From the NCBI GenBank assembly GCA_964016885.1, contig OZ024741.1, positions 43,028,001-43,092,000 on the forward strand: DNA of 64,000 bases, written 5' to 3'. The first letter of the stretch is position 1. Every line of letters starts with the position of its first letter. A program made the translations under genes and the position numbers. Below, in pieces: positions 35,845 to 50,204 of the stretch. The notes beneath the pieces were generated by a model. That model did no database searches. It was given only the letters and a program-made list of their open reading frames with translations, and had not been told where the DNA came from. This DNA is from Eledone cirrhosa (lineage: Eukaryota).

Positions 35845-38513
35845 GATCTGTGCGATCGACATAGACAGACTTCATAGACAAGGGCCTGGTTACTGGAAGC
35901 TGAACGCGTCTTTCTCGGCGCGCAAAGCCTACAAAGACCGGATTAGCGTATTTGTTAAGCAGGCGTTGACGGGAGCGGTCGTCAACAACAGGTAGTGGTT
36001 CGCCCTGAAAAGGGCAATTAAAGTAGAGTCGATTAGGTTTAGCAAAGGAGTAGTGATAGACGAAAATAGAGTAGAGGGAGAGCTAGTTAGAAAGCTAGAT
36101 GAGGCGTTTACGACAGGCATCGCAACCGACTTGCTTGCGGCGAGATTGGCACTCGACCAATTCTTCGACGCAAAACACGAAGGGTGCGTTGTCAGAGCTA
36201 AAGAGCGTGCTCTGAAACACGGGGGGACAAAAGCCGTCCAATGGGCCCGGGTGGCAGAGGCGCGACGTGGCAACAAAACCACAATTCGGTCTTTGTCTGA
36301 CCAAAACGGGTGTGTGATGCTCGAACCCGAGCGGATGTGTGAAGCTTTTCAGCAGCACTTTGCTGAACTGTTCAGAAGCGGCGGCGGCCCGGATAAGGGC
36401 ATGGACTTCAGTGCATACCTCGACGGACTGCTTCGGCTCTCGATGACTGGAGAACAGTGTTGCCAAAAGCCATTAACAGCCGGTCAAATACGGAAGATCC
36501 ATACACGACAACCTCCACCTCATGCGATATATCATAGAGAGGGTGGTTAAGTAACCAGGCACGGGCGGGACCCTGATCAACTTGGATCAATCCAAAGCAT
36601 TCGATAGGGTCGACCATCGGTACGTGGCGGCGGTCCTCGAGGCAGCCGGTTTCGGGCCCGTTTTCAGGGGTTGGATCGCAGCAATGTACAGCGACATCTG
36701 CTCAGTTGTGAGGGTGAACAGTAACCTGTCGCAGCCGTTCAGCATCATGCGCTCAGTCCGCCAGGGTTGTCCCCTCTCGACCCTCTTGTACGTATTGGCT
36801 CTTGAGCCGTTACTGCACAAACTAGGGGCTATGAGGGGCGTCCTACGCGAACTAGGATGCGGGAAATTACCATGGTGGTGTCGAGCACCAGACACGCCCA
36901 GATGCTCGGCACCGCTCTCAAGGAATACGAAGCGCTGACAGGAGCAAAGATAAACCAGAAAAAGTCGGTGGTCTTGCAGCTCGGCACCTGGAGAGGCAAG
37001 TCAATGTCGTCCGACAGCGTCGTGGGGCGTTGGACGGACGGACCGCTTACATTGGTCGGGGTCTGTTTCGGACCGGACCTCCAGATGGAGAAAAACTGGA
37101 ACGAGATGACGAGCAGGGTGGCCACCCTCACCCAGAAATGGGCCGAGAGGAAGCTGTCCATGAAAGGCCGGGCGGAGGTGGCGAATGCTTACATCGCATC
37201 CGTCATATGCTACCGCCTCACCGTCGTCCCTTGCTCCAGCCCAACTCTCACCAAAATGGAGCGCCTTATCTTCCGCTTTTTGTGAAAGGGACGCGCTCTC
37301 ATGGTCAGACGATCCATCTGCTGTCAACACCCGTTGCATGGAGGAGTGGGCATGCCATGGCTGATGATGCGCAAACATGCGCTGAGGCGGCGACATCTCT
37401 GGTGCTTCCTTGACGATGAACATGTGTGGTCGCCGTTCGCCAGGCACGTTTTCCCACAGCTCGTCTCCTTGACGGAGCTGCAGTCCTGGGTCAGAAAAAA
37501 ACCGAGAGTTAGCGCTTGGAAACGGGAATGTCTCCAGGCGCTCACTGCCATCTGCCAGCTGGACACCAGTATCGGTAGAACATCCACCTCGGCGTTCTAT
37601 AGAGGATTAGTGGAGGGGAAGAGCGACGACATTCTCGGAAAGATCCTAGGCGTCGAAGAAGACAGCTGTTTGCTCTCTTCCGGAGTTCTTTCAGCCCAGG
37701 GCCTATGGATAACTTCCCAAAATCCCTGGCCTGGTAGTGCTGTCAGCCGAGCCTGTCCGAGATGCGTGCAGTGCGACGAAACCGTCGTGCACGCACTCGT
37801 TCAGTGCCCGAGCATTGCTGACTTGTGGAGCTATGTCGAACAGTTGCTATCGCGTGTAGGACTGATCCAGTTATCGACTGTGTCCATTGTGCAGATGGTC
37901 TCGCCGTCTTCCTTCGAGGAAGTAGGGCAGGCGGTTTTCATCTGCCTGGTGGCCATGGCGAAAGAGATTATGTGGTGGACAAGGTTAAAAGGGTTAAAGA
38001 CAGACACTTTCCTCTTTGGCGAATCCCTAATTAACTTTTTAGGGTGGAGAGGCAAGTGCTGCCTTCTAGCAAGTTTGTTGAAATGTGGGTGAATATAGCG
38101 AGAATGGTCCAAGTGAACGGGACCGCTTTGAATATACGTCTGAATATATGTCTGAATATACTCTGAATATACGTCTGAGAAATGGAACATTGAGAGAGGG
38201 CGCTTGCTCTGGTGGTCAGGGTGGCCGTGATCTTTTGTGTGATTTTCGTCACGAGTAATCCTCGGAGGTTTTCCCCCTATTGGGGAATTTTTCATTGTTT
38301 CAATTTTCATTTTTATTGTTTATATATATGTATGTTTCTATGTCCTTTTTTTCTTTTCTCATATAAATAATAAAAATATTTACACGCACAAAACCCACAT
38401 CGTACCGTCCTGTACCGTCCTGTACCGTCATGTACCGTCCTGTACCATCCTGTACCGTCCTGTGCCGTCTGTAATGTTTTTCTTGATGTCAGCCCTTGTG
38501 GCCAATAAAGAAA

Positions 38514-38515
<2 letters not shown>
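35845..38515 (+). mobile_element. Second Tx1-clade LINE copy, 5'-truncated with internal deletions, inserted in (ATT)n
   Basis: Homologous to 9061-11960 (GPGYWKLN, DQSKAFDRVDH, SVRQGCPLS, CPRCVQCDETVVHAL..CP). It ends cccttgtggccaataaagaaatc and has (ATT)n on both sides. Confidence 0.9.
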
Positions 38516-38551
<36 letters not shown>

Positions 38552-38787
38552 TTAATTTTAATTTTAAATTTCGCCGTCTTCTATCGCAGTCAACTTAATA
38601 TTTTTTATTTTTTATTTTCTTAATCCTTATTTTTTATTTGCTTATTTGTATGTGACGGCCTACTATGATTATTTATTCTTATTTGTGTGTGTGCATATGT
38701 ATCCTTTTATATGTGAGTACGCATGCATATGTGTATATGTGTGTATGTATGTGTGTGTGCATGTATGTATGTATGTGTATGTGTATA

Positions 38788-38840
<53 letters not shown>

Positions 38841-38861
38841 GTATGTGTGTGCATGTATATA

Positions 38862-38902
<41 letters not shown>

Positions 38903-38920
38903 TGGTGTGTTTATGTATGG

Positions 38921-38972
<52 letters not shown>

Positions 38973-39201
38973 ATATATGTCTCTGTGTGTATATATGTGT
39001 ATATATGCGTGTATATATGTATATATATATGTCTATATGTATGTATATGTGAGAGTGTGTGTGTGTGCGTGAGTGTGTGTACGTGTGCGTTGTTATATAT
39101 TCTTATTTATCCCCGCCCCCCTTTTTTTTCCTCTACCCTCACTTTCATATCTGTTATTATTTTGTTTTTCAAATCCACTGTCAATAAAGACACCAGGATT
39201 T

Positions 39202-39261
39202 TTTCATTCTGATGAATGAAATCAATTTTGGTTGCTTTCAAGAAACCACTGGTAAATGAAA
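39202..39261 (+). ncRNA. Type I HHR motif
   Basis: tttcatt-CTGATGA-a tgaaa..tttca a-GAAA-ccactgg-TA-aatgaaa: perfect 7-bp stem I, intact core, GUA triplet, A-A at the base of stem II. Confidence 0.72.
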
Positions 39262-39289
39262 TAATTATCTTATGAAGAGGGCTCGATAG

Positions 39290-42200
39290 GGATGATATAT
39301 ATATATATTTACACCAATACCATATATATATATGTGTTTACACCAACACCATCAACACCGATGTAAAAAAATTACAACTTACCAAAAAACAAGCAGATAG
39401 GCTAAAACGAACACTAATTCTAAACATAAAAAATATTTACAGGCAATTAAGTCATCAAGAAAAACACAGGCGTAACCTAATACAACAAATATCTAAGATC
39501 ACAACTCGAAGAGAAAAATTAGAATACGTAAACATTATACACGAAGAAGAACAATGCATAATTCTAGAATGCTATAAACACTTTAACAAGAAATTAATGT
39601 GACTCAAACAACAGAAAAAACTAAATCAAGAAACTTCAGAGAATAGATATAAATATCCAGATAGGATTGATGGTATAAAGATGGCCGACATATCATTAAC
39701 GGATGAATTCAACAACAACAACACAAATATGTACGGCAAAACTACTGTGAACTCTGATGAATCGTCCATCCTACAGCTACCACCTAAATATGCCCCATAA
39801 AATAAGATAAATATGATAAGATGCTTGTCAGAAATAGAAAAATATCATTTAGAAAATTAGGTTGGAGTCTGAATAAAAAACAACAAAAACTAAAACCAAA
39901 ATGACAACACGAACAACACACGCACACGCACACACGCATACACACATACACAACACACATCCCAACATAAACAGACACACAAACACAAACAACGATAACA
40001 ACAACAACACACACAACAATAACAACAACACACATCAACAACAACAACACCACACATCAACAACAACACACACACATCCTATGCCTCCCAACACCACCAC
40101 AATCTTAACAAACACACAGACACAGAAAACAGATTATGACAGTAACACAGAGGTAAGGGACCGTAATAACAATGAGAGAGGTAGAGGGACTAATGACAAT
40201 GACAGGGGAAATAACCAGGACGAACACACAGACACACAAAACAGATTAGATAATAACAATGAGCCAGAGGGAAGGGACAGGAGTAACAATGAGAGACATA
40301 GAAACAACCATGAGGCTGTTGGTGGAAATAGAAATAGAAACAACAACACAACTAACAATAGCAATATAACACACAACACAACCTGGAACTCCACTTTCTA
40401 TGACCCTTGCGATATGTCCTTCGACTTACGACGAGTCCATGCTACGACTTTAGCTTTTAACAAACGCACACAATTGCTGTCGCAGGTCGATGAACAATTA
40501 GAAACAAAGTTTAATATAGCTAAACTTAGAAATATTATAGAACAGTATAGCAAGAAACAAAATAGAATGGAGGCCCAGCAACTGGGAGAAAAATCCGCAA
40601 ACGGCTTGCGTAAACTCATGCAACGCTCACGTAATGGAGAGATTGCATACTTTCCAACAGACAAGTCTGGCAGAATGTCGGTTGACTGTCTGGCAAACTA
40701 CATCCAGGCAATGCAACCCCACATCACTAACACAAGAGAAGTAACACCACAAGAGCATGAGAATAGGGAAAAAACCCTCCACGCTCATTTGATGAGTTGG
40801 ACAAACATAATGCAGCCCAATAAACGGACTGCCAACAACTTCCAGGCCTGGAACAATGACGTGCCAGCGTTGTATGGGCTTCGAAACGACCATAAAATGA
40901 ACAGTGACCCAGTCACAGGACCACAAACACGGCCAGTCTGTGGAGCTTACATTGCTAGCAACTACAGACTTTCCTATTTCCTCTCACTGATCGTACGCCC
41001 TATCATTAAAATGGCCCCGGATATATGTGACAGCACGGAGCACCTCCTCAGCAGAATCAGCGAAAATAACCTGTCTAGGGACCTGTATAATAGATAGTAT
41101 GGATGTATTGTCCCTATACCCATCCATTGACGTGGATGTGGCTGTGGAGAAATGCGTGGAAATGATTAGTGAGAGCAAGGTTAGATTGCGTGAAATTGAT
41201 ACCAGTCAGCTGGGACTCCTACTTAAACTCACATATAATAATGATTAGCTTGATACGTATGACCTTAGCAAACTCTGCCCCTCAAGTCCAGCAAGAGGCA
41301 GACCACCTACCATTACCGTAATTGGGAAAAAAACCCACACAGAAAGATGGAACGGGTGGACTAGAGCCATACGGACCCCCGAAAACCACGATGAACTAAA
41401 GAAAATGATTGCACATGCGGTGGGGGCCAGTATAAAATTAACCCTTAAGGAACATATGTTCAAATTTAATGGAAAAACATATGCCCAAAAGGAGGGAGCA
41501 GCCATTGGTGTTAGTATTGCAGGTGACATAGCTAACCTATTCATGGTATGGTGGGACAATAGACTTAAACTTAAACTTAAAGAACAATTAGAAGACAGCA
41601 ACCTCTTAACCCTGATAACGTACTCCCGCTACATTGATGATAAAAACATCGTAGTAAAAACACCCCCACTAGAGAACAGTCAGGAATCAGAGAAAAACAC
41701 CATGGAAAGCATCCAGCGAATAGCTAACTCTATCCACTAGAGTATCAAAGTTCCTATAAACTACCCAAGTAAACACCCCAATCATCGATTACCTGTACTA
41801 GACACAGAGCTCTGGTTAGAAACCATTAATAACAAAAACAAATCCTCCATTCCCATTATGCCAAACCCATGACTTCCAAATATCTGATCCACCGAAACTC
41901 AGCTGTTTCGGATCACACCAAAATCAGTATACTAAATGCGGATTTAGTAAGGGTGATGAGGAACGTGTCCCGCATGTGCAACCCCAAATAACTAGAGAGA
42001 CACATACAACACTTCATGCACCGTATGCAGTTCTCTGGTTACAATCAGAGATATAAAATCAGAGTATATAGAGGAGCCAGAACCAAATGGGAAAAAATGG
42101 TAAATAATGATACAAATGGGACCTGCCCCATGTACAGGAGCGAATTTTGGAATAGAATAGAAAGAACTAGGAATAAGGCTAATAGAATAAACTCCTGCTA

Positions 42201-43165
42201 TGATAGCAATAAATACCAGAGTGTAATGTTCATCAATACAACCCATAGAGGTGAACTAGCTTACAAATTTAGAAGGGCCCTAGATAAACTTAAACTAAAT
42301 ATTAAGATAGTCGAAAGACCAGGTACCTCCATAAAAACACTTAATAGTAATACATACCCTTTTCAAAGACATCCCTGTATAGATAGGAAATGCATAATCT
42401 GTAAACTAAGCCCCCATATTAACTGTAACACTAGAAACATAGTATATAGCATAAGATGTACTGAGGGAAAATGTAAAGATAAGAATATAATGTACATAGG
42501 GGAGACAGCTCGTAGCATAAGAGAACGATTAAATGAACACTGGCGAGAGCTTGAAGATAGAAAAGACTCCACCAACATGCTAAAATAGAACATAAGGGCA
42601 AATTAGAGAACATAGTAATAAAAATAAAATGTACACACAGAAAAGACGCAATGTTTAGACAAATCACAGAGGCAATACATATAAATGAACTCCAACCAAA
42701 ATTAAATAGAAAACATGAATGGAATAGCAACATCACAACTTACAATTAAGGACAAAATGAAAACACACACACATGGCACAAACAACTAACTAGTAACATG
42801 TAAATAAACAAATAAATAAACAAATAAACACACACACAGACACCCAGATGTAACACATGCGCAAACTAAGTACACACAAAAACAAGATGGCGTAGGACAG
42901 AACAAAGGAGAGGCACAAAACAAAGAAAAGAATCCCCAGTCACTGATGAGGTCAAAGAATGTGTGACGAAAGAACTTTGACAATATATGAACAACCATCC
43001 GGTTGTGGAACCAACCAACCAACCGGAAATTCATTAATTGAAGTGAAGCAATTGGTGCTTGTGTTTCTTATTGGCAACATGGCCCTCCCAAAGCATAACA
43101 ATATCGGTTTCAACACACGTTTTCAGATAAAGAAACTTGCTAAAAAAATTCAGAAACGAAATAAA
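39290..43165 (+). mobile_element. Near full-length but frameshifted PLE of a second lineage (long N/T-rich N-term, RT, GIY-YIG, terminal repeat)
   Basis: PTDKSGR, PALYGLRNDHK..TRPVCGA, SMDVLSLYPSID, QKEGAAIG, YSRYIDD, PVLDTELW, CIIC..CNTRNIVYSIRC..YIGETARS..R..EH. The 3' end matches 25186-25815. Confidence 0.88.
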
Positions 43166-43240
43166 TATATATCTATATGCATATGTGCGTGTGTGTTTGT
43201 GTGTGTTGTGTGTGTTGTGTATGTATAGACATACCTGCAT

Positions 43241-43354
<114 letters not shown>

Positions 43355-43989
43355 AGAAAATTATAAACCACCATATGTGAAAGGAATGCTGAGGAAATTA
43401 TCAATTAGCCCAAAGCATTAAGATAGAAAAATATAAATATTTAGACTCAGCGGAGCAGAAATCATTAGATAGAAATTATCTATACAATGAATAAATAGAT
43501 TTTATTTACAATTAGCATATAAATTATGTGTATAACTAGAGTACATTTTATCTATGTTATTTTATACAACAGGTGTACTGTTTAACAGCATAGATCTTAC
43601 GTTTGACAAGTTCCCAAACACAAACTATTACCCTCCGAGCCAACGATTGCTAAAAATTACATTAACTTTACAATACACCCGAGAACCTATCCTTAGTATA
43701 CTCCTCTCACAATCAGTGGCTTATTGTTGAGGCTGCATTGGGGTGCAGTAACACCTCTCCAACATCTTTGTCTGAAAATTCGTAATTTTGGCGGAAATTA
43801 TGAAGGACTGCGCACCCTAAAACAATAAAAGTAGTATGCTTATGCTTATGATATATCTCTTTTATAACAAGATTCATTATGAAAATTACTATTCTCCAAT
43901 CTGTGTCTCTTTTTTACTGAAACCAAACAGAACATAAAGCAGAATAATAGTCACAATTACCGTTTTACATTTGTTTTTCTATTTCTTGT

Positions 43990-44230
43990 ACGAGATTACC
44001 AACAAGCTTGGAGGTTACCCCGGGTTCGTGGGAAATACGTGGCTGTGAAAACAAGACGAGGCACATATCCACTGTATCTCAACCTCCGATCTCGACCTAC
44101 ATGTCTTCAGCTGAGTGAATTTAAGTAACCTGAAATGAAGTGCCTTGCTAATCGATTCAATGCGTCACCCGTTGTAAGAATCGAACCCACAATCACATGA
44201 TCATGACCCCAGCACCATAGACACCAGGCA
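43990..44230 (-). mobile_element. Degraded tRNA-derived SINE
   Basis: gaaatgaagtgccttgct..aagaatcgaacccacaatcacatgatcatga..accatagacacc is similar to 54283-54521. Confidence 0.5.
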
Positions 44231-46789
44231 GTGTCCCTTAACACTACGCATAATATCAATTGCCATAAAATTATCATACACCAAAAACGTTTTGGCTGCA
44301 AATATTATAACCACATTTTCTCCTTTTTACATTAACTAATCAAAACAATGTGGTAAATATGTCACTATGCTTGATTTATTTTAGGAAATATAACTATATT
44401 ACGTTTAGGTACGAAGATGAGATTTGTTGCTAAATTGAAATTCTGTTATATGTGTATTTACCTTATCTGACTTACTTTTCTATCCCCCTTTTCTCCCAAA
44501 CATTATAAAAAAATAACATTAATTATCCTATCCTCTACAATCCTAGACAATGAAGTATCTGTAAGGGAAACCTACAATATATTTATCCAGATAACATTAA
44601 ATTTATAATGAGGGCGCATTCATTGCAAACTAGATTATCAGATAAATACAATATATGGAGAGTTATCAAGCAATTACTATGGATGCGACATGATCGCATT
44701 TTTCTTCTAAATATCTGCCTCAACTTTACTTTATTCGGATTTCAGAACTTATGTTCAGAGATATGGAGAAATTCCGCTTTCTAATTAGTCTTCAATTTTA
44801 AGCTGTATTGTGTATAATAGGAGTTACGTGATATAATGAGGACGACTTATGAATGTTGAAAAAAATTGATGTTTTTCATTGCTTTTACATTATGTATTCT
44901 GGTTAGATTTACAGTTACTGTACATTTTATCACCAGAATCTGCGCTAATTGATTGCTTTACACATTTTACCAAATTGTAGGAAGTTTGTGAACAGATATA
45001 TTTGTACAATAGTTTAACTCTAGTGTGTCTATCAAATTATCTATGCTTTCTACATATTTTAACGTCCAAGACTTGAATAATCAACCAGGTAGGTGGTAAT
45101 ATATGTCTAATGTACTTGTAGATAATGATCGTAGAGAACGTTTTTGTTATTCTATACATATTTCAATAATTAATGGACTGATACATTAGTAGTGTATGGA
45201 ATATATATGTAGATTTACTAAATTATTATATTAGTGGTATATGGATATATTTTGACTAAACATTTAATTAGTAATGACGTTGAATATTTGTGCATAATTT
45301 ACTAACGTATCAGAAATAAAACAAAATTGCAAACTGCTTTTCCCTCCTCTATTCGAATCTCGGCGTTACATCTATATCATACTTTCTGTTATGTGGATGA
45401 GGCTAGGGAGACCCAATGCATTTATATTTTCTCCAAGATGAGTAACTAAATTCAGTGATTCGAAAACTGTGCTGTTGTTTGTCGGTGGTGTTATATTTGC
45501 TGTTGCTGTTGCTATACTCTGTTGTTGTTAGTAGTGACTTAAAAGTTTATATTGGCTCCGGCATTAGACTCAGTTTCATTTAATCGACCTGAGAATGTCA
45601 GAAAGCAACGTCTACTGATTTGCTATACTATTTGAGACACAAATTAAACACTTCAAAACATTTAGATTATTCTGCTAACGGTATTCAAGTGGTCCTATTT
45701 TATATATAAATATGGATCATGATCGATTATTGTTGATTGGTGAGATTAAAAGTAATGTAGGATATAGAAACATAAACTTTTAGATTGATAGTCTAGAAAT
45801 ATTAAATCATTTCCACTCAATACATCATTATCTCAGTTAAGCATATAATTACTATTCTTGCTGTGATGTGAAAAGCTCCCGGCATGTTATCTCTACCAAT
45901 ATGTCTTGATATTACAAACTCTTTTGCTGTTTTAACCATTGGAAGATAGATAAATATGCCAGCTTCTGACGACATAACAAAGGACGGTTACGTTGAATTT
46001 AAACCTGCATAAGATAACATCTTACTAGTTAGTAATTTTATAATTTATCACACGCAGATTGAAGAGACGCTTATTGCATACTTCAGAGAATTTTGTACAT
46101 GCTGTCACATGTTAGTTTATGTGATCTGTTGTATTTATAATCCACTTAAATCACTACTACCAGTTATTTCACTAGCTTTACTCTCTATCTGACAATCCGA
46201 GGTCAATCATATATTTTGACTTTTAGATAACCTTTTGCAACATATAGAATGTATTTGCATCGTTTTTCTAAACTTATTTATTGCTTGTGTATATTGAAGT
46301 ATTTCCAAATTCACTGTCAGAAAGTGCAAGGGTTAAGGCTTAAAAGTGTTTGTTACTCTACCAATAAGGATATAAACATAGTCGGTGTTGTAGAAGTAAA
46401 AGTATGTAGACAAAGGAATAAAAGAAGTAGAAGTAGAATAAGAATTGTTCCTATTTTGATAATTTCTCAATTTATTCTTGTTATTTCAATAGTTTCTGAT
46501 TCTTGGAAGTCGGTAAAATGTTCAAAGTTTTCGGTATTTAAACTTTGTTCGTTCAGCTGTTTCCCTCTTCAATACGACGTACTGTTGCCACTTTGATGCG
46601 ATAAATTTTGTTTCTATATTCAGTAAATTTGTAAAAGATTGAAACCAGATGGGAATCAAAATGGCCTGCGTAGTTTCTATGCAATAAATTTATTTGGTTT
46701 TCTATAAATTGTAGACGTTTCACTTGATATTGTAATGGATTCACCAGTAATAACAGCGATGATATGTTAGGGTATATATAGGGACATAT

Positions 46790-47035
46790 ATAGGTGCCGG
46801 TGTTGGTATGTAGTGAAGGAATTCGCTTCACAGCCATGTGGTTACGGGTTCAGTCCAATTATTTGTGTTTAGATTTGTATCTGTACCTGTGTTATTTCAC
46901 TTATCTCCCGATTTAACGTTTCGACAAATGGATATCGATAAAATAATATCGAAAACTGAAACAATCAGTACTATATTATCGACTAAATCCTTTTAATGTG
47001 GTCTCCAATATTACCGCAACTCGTGAATAAAAAAA
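46790..47035 (+). mobile_element. Degraded SINE-like repeat
   Basis: tRNA-like head (ggtgttggtatgtagtgaag..gggttcagtcc), then gataaaataa..tcgactaaa and an A-rich tail. Confidence 0.4.
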
Positions 47036-47303
47036 ATCAGTAAAAATAAATTGCAAATATAAATTGACATTTATCATAAAATTACATACGCATTATGAGA
47101 GGCTTTACATAAAATGATGCATTATATATATAATTATTGTTATTTTGATCTGTATATTTCTTGAAGAAATTTGGTTGTGATAAAATACCCATAATGGAGA
47201 TAATTATAAACTAGTAATCTTCAATTGCTCTGCAAATTGATATGGTATTCGAAGCACATAGAGGTGTGTGAATAAATAATGATTTCCTCTCCTTGACTTT
47301 CTT

Positions 47304-47385
<82 letters not shown>

Positions 47386-47518
47386 GTATTGACACTCACG
47401 TGATAATCTGGTGAATCTCCAAGGTAACTAAACTCACTATTTAGGCTTAATAAATGTATACAAAAACTCTACTCTAGTATTGACCACTTTTTCTCTTAGC
47501 GACCAACCACATACGGAT

Positions 47519-47563
<45 letters not shown>

Positions 47564-47564
47564 C

Positions 47565-47649
<85 letters not shown>

Positions 47650-47659
47650 CACATTCCCA

Positions 47660-47771
<112 letters not shown>

Positions 47772-47801
47772 AGAACAAAAGATGGTTAAAAGAGTTCCAT
47801 G

Positions 47802-47872
47802 TATTTTATTATGCGCATTTCAAAAACAAATATCATCATGCAATAATATTTGTGTTTTCATCAGATAAAACA
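47802..47872 (-). ncRNA. Type I HHR (left arm)
   Basis: Reverse complement of 49168-49238. Confidence 0.82.
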
Positions 47873-49167
47873 GGAAGACATGATATGAAGGTTAAAAAAC
47901 ACTTGTGGATAGTGCAGTTTTAAATCAACATATGAGAAGTAGTTTTAGATTGATGTGTGATATTGGGAAAAATATTTTATTTTGAGGGGGGGGGGGTGGA
48001 AAGGATGAAAAAGAGGAGGAGCTGAGAGTAAAAATTGGAGAGGGAGGAGTATAATGAGGAAGGATGAGATAGGAGGAGAGATGGGTGATAGAGAGAGAGA
48101 GATAGCTTTTATAACTGAGAAAGATATATTGTTTTACATAGAGAGGTTGAAAACCGTTGGAAGATAATGTATAAATTAAAAGAATTTGAAAATTATTATA
48201 TATATATGTGCTTTTGAGAAAAAAAAATTCTAAATCTTCATCAATTTAGAATTTTTTTTTTCTCAAAGGCACATATATACACTTCTTTAAAAATATACCC
48301 ATCTTTCTACCTTATTTCAAAGGGTATTATACATTCTATAATACTTGTTACTCATTCTATATCGCTCCTATTTATCACTTCCCTTTCTTCTCTTTTTCTT
48401 TTAATGTCTAACCCCTAATCTGTACCTTTTCTCACTGTTGCCTAACATAGAATCAATTATTACATAATACAATACATTCTTACTCTATATCACCTTGTAA
48501 AAATCCATCGTAAACCTAAACACTTTTTTGACGTTAGATTATTCATCCTCAATTCATTATTCTTTTCTCCCTTTCATCTAACTCATTCATGCTCATCTCA
48601 CAATATATCCTTACTTAAATTACCTGTTGTTCTTTTTAATAATACATATCAACATTTTCTTTCCATCGCATATATTATTAAACCCTTAAATATCATTCTT
48701 AATACATATTAACTTTTTCTTTCCATCGCACATGTTATTAAACCCTTAAATATTATTCTTAATACATATTAACATTTTCTTTTCATCGCACATATTATTA
48801 AACCCCTCAATATACAAACCTTAACTTTACATTATTTTTCTCTTCGTTAATTTTCAAATTCTTTTAATTTATACATTATCTTCCAACGGTTTTCAACCTC
48901 TCTATGTAAAACAATATATCTTTCTCAGTTATAAAAGCTATCTCTCTCTCTCTATCACCCATCTCTCCTCCTATCTCATCCTTCCTCATTATACTCCTCC
49001 CTCTCCACTGTTTACTCTCATCTCCTCCTCTTTTTCATCCTTTCCAACCCCCCATCAAAATAAAATATTTTTCCCAATATCACACATCAATCTAAAACTA
49101 CTTCTCATATGTTGATTTAAAACTGCACTATCCACAAGTGTTTTTTAACCTTCATATCATGTCTTCC

Positions 49168-49238
49168 TGTTTTATCTGATGAAAACACAAATATTATTGC
49201 ATGATGATATTTGTTTTTGAAATGCGCATAATAAAATA
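49168..49238 (+). ncRNA. Type I HHR (right arm), canonical core
   Basis: tgttttat-CTGATGA-aaacacaaatattat tgcatg atgatatttgttttt-GAAA-tgcgca-TA-ataaaata: 8-bp stem I, ~14-bp stem II, palindromic stem III (atgcgcat), AUA triplet. Confidence 0.85.
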
Positions 49239-49361
49239 CATGGAACTCTTTTAACCATCTTTTGTTCTCATATATTATGTATACTCCAGTCCTACAAACT
49301 GTAGAGTGCTTCTTATCCGATATCTGCATTGCTTTATTGTACTACAATAAAACTCACCTCC

Positions 49362-49400
<39 letters not shown>

Positions 49401-49900
49401 TATTATATAACCAGGTGGTTCGACTCCGACCCAATTATCTCATGAGATGATTGCGGGATGCTCTTAGTTCAAATATTTTCATTTATGATATAACCACAAC
49501 CGATATTAAAATAAAAGTAAACAAATACTATAAACCCAAAGCAACGAAAACACATAAAATATAATACAATTACTCAGCTATAAAATCACAATGTTTGACA
49601 CATTTCATTAATCATCACTAACTCTTTAAAGATTATCATATATATATACTAACAAAGAAAACGCTGTAGGCAATATAGAGAAGATTTAACCAGACATTTA
49701 ATATTACGCGCCATTATAAGATATATTGCATTAACATTAAAATAATTTAAAATGAGAAAATATTCCCCCCCACCCCCCTCCACAATGAAAAGCATTGCTA
49801 TATAAACACTATGTCAACTAATCCTATCGAGAGAGATAGAATTGGTACCAGATATTTCAACGAGGATTGTTGTTGTCCAAACAGTGTCAGAGGCACGATT

Positions 49901-49955
<55 letters not shown>

Positions 49956-50119
49956 ATATATCCAGGGAGTGTAACTTGGAGTTACTGTAGGTTCACCCGA
50001 GTGAGCACTTGATGTTTAGGTTCACTTCAGTGTCGAGGTGTAGAGCTAGACAGAGTGCATTATAGTAAAATGAAATAAAACAAGGACGAATGGTCACTCC
50101 TTCATTACGCTTATTGGTT

Positions 50120-50204
50120 GGTGACGCGCGTTTCGCCACTGATCAGCTCAAGGTTCGATCTGTATCGATCTAGCCCGGCTCTGCAATCCGCGGCTAGTCA
50201 GACC
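50120..50204 (-). ncRNA. HHR-like motif with a large stem II insertion (G8->U, probably inactive); relatives at ~8660-8755 and ~60005-60085
   Basis: Minus strand reads ggt-CTGACTA-gccgc..(50 nt)..gtggc-GAAA-cgcgcg-TC-acc. Confidence 0.55.

Noticed and set aside
38128-38470. 12-bp (tgaatatacgtc) and 10-bp (gtaccgtcct) tandems
   Set aside because: Local slippage within the Tx1 3' region; the 10-mer is also present in degenerate form in copy 1.
46249-46837. ORFs of 115 and 94 aa
   Set aside because: No domain recognised; at most a very decayed retroelement N-terminus.
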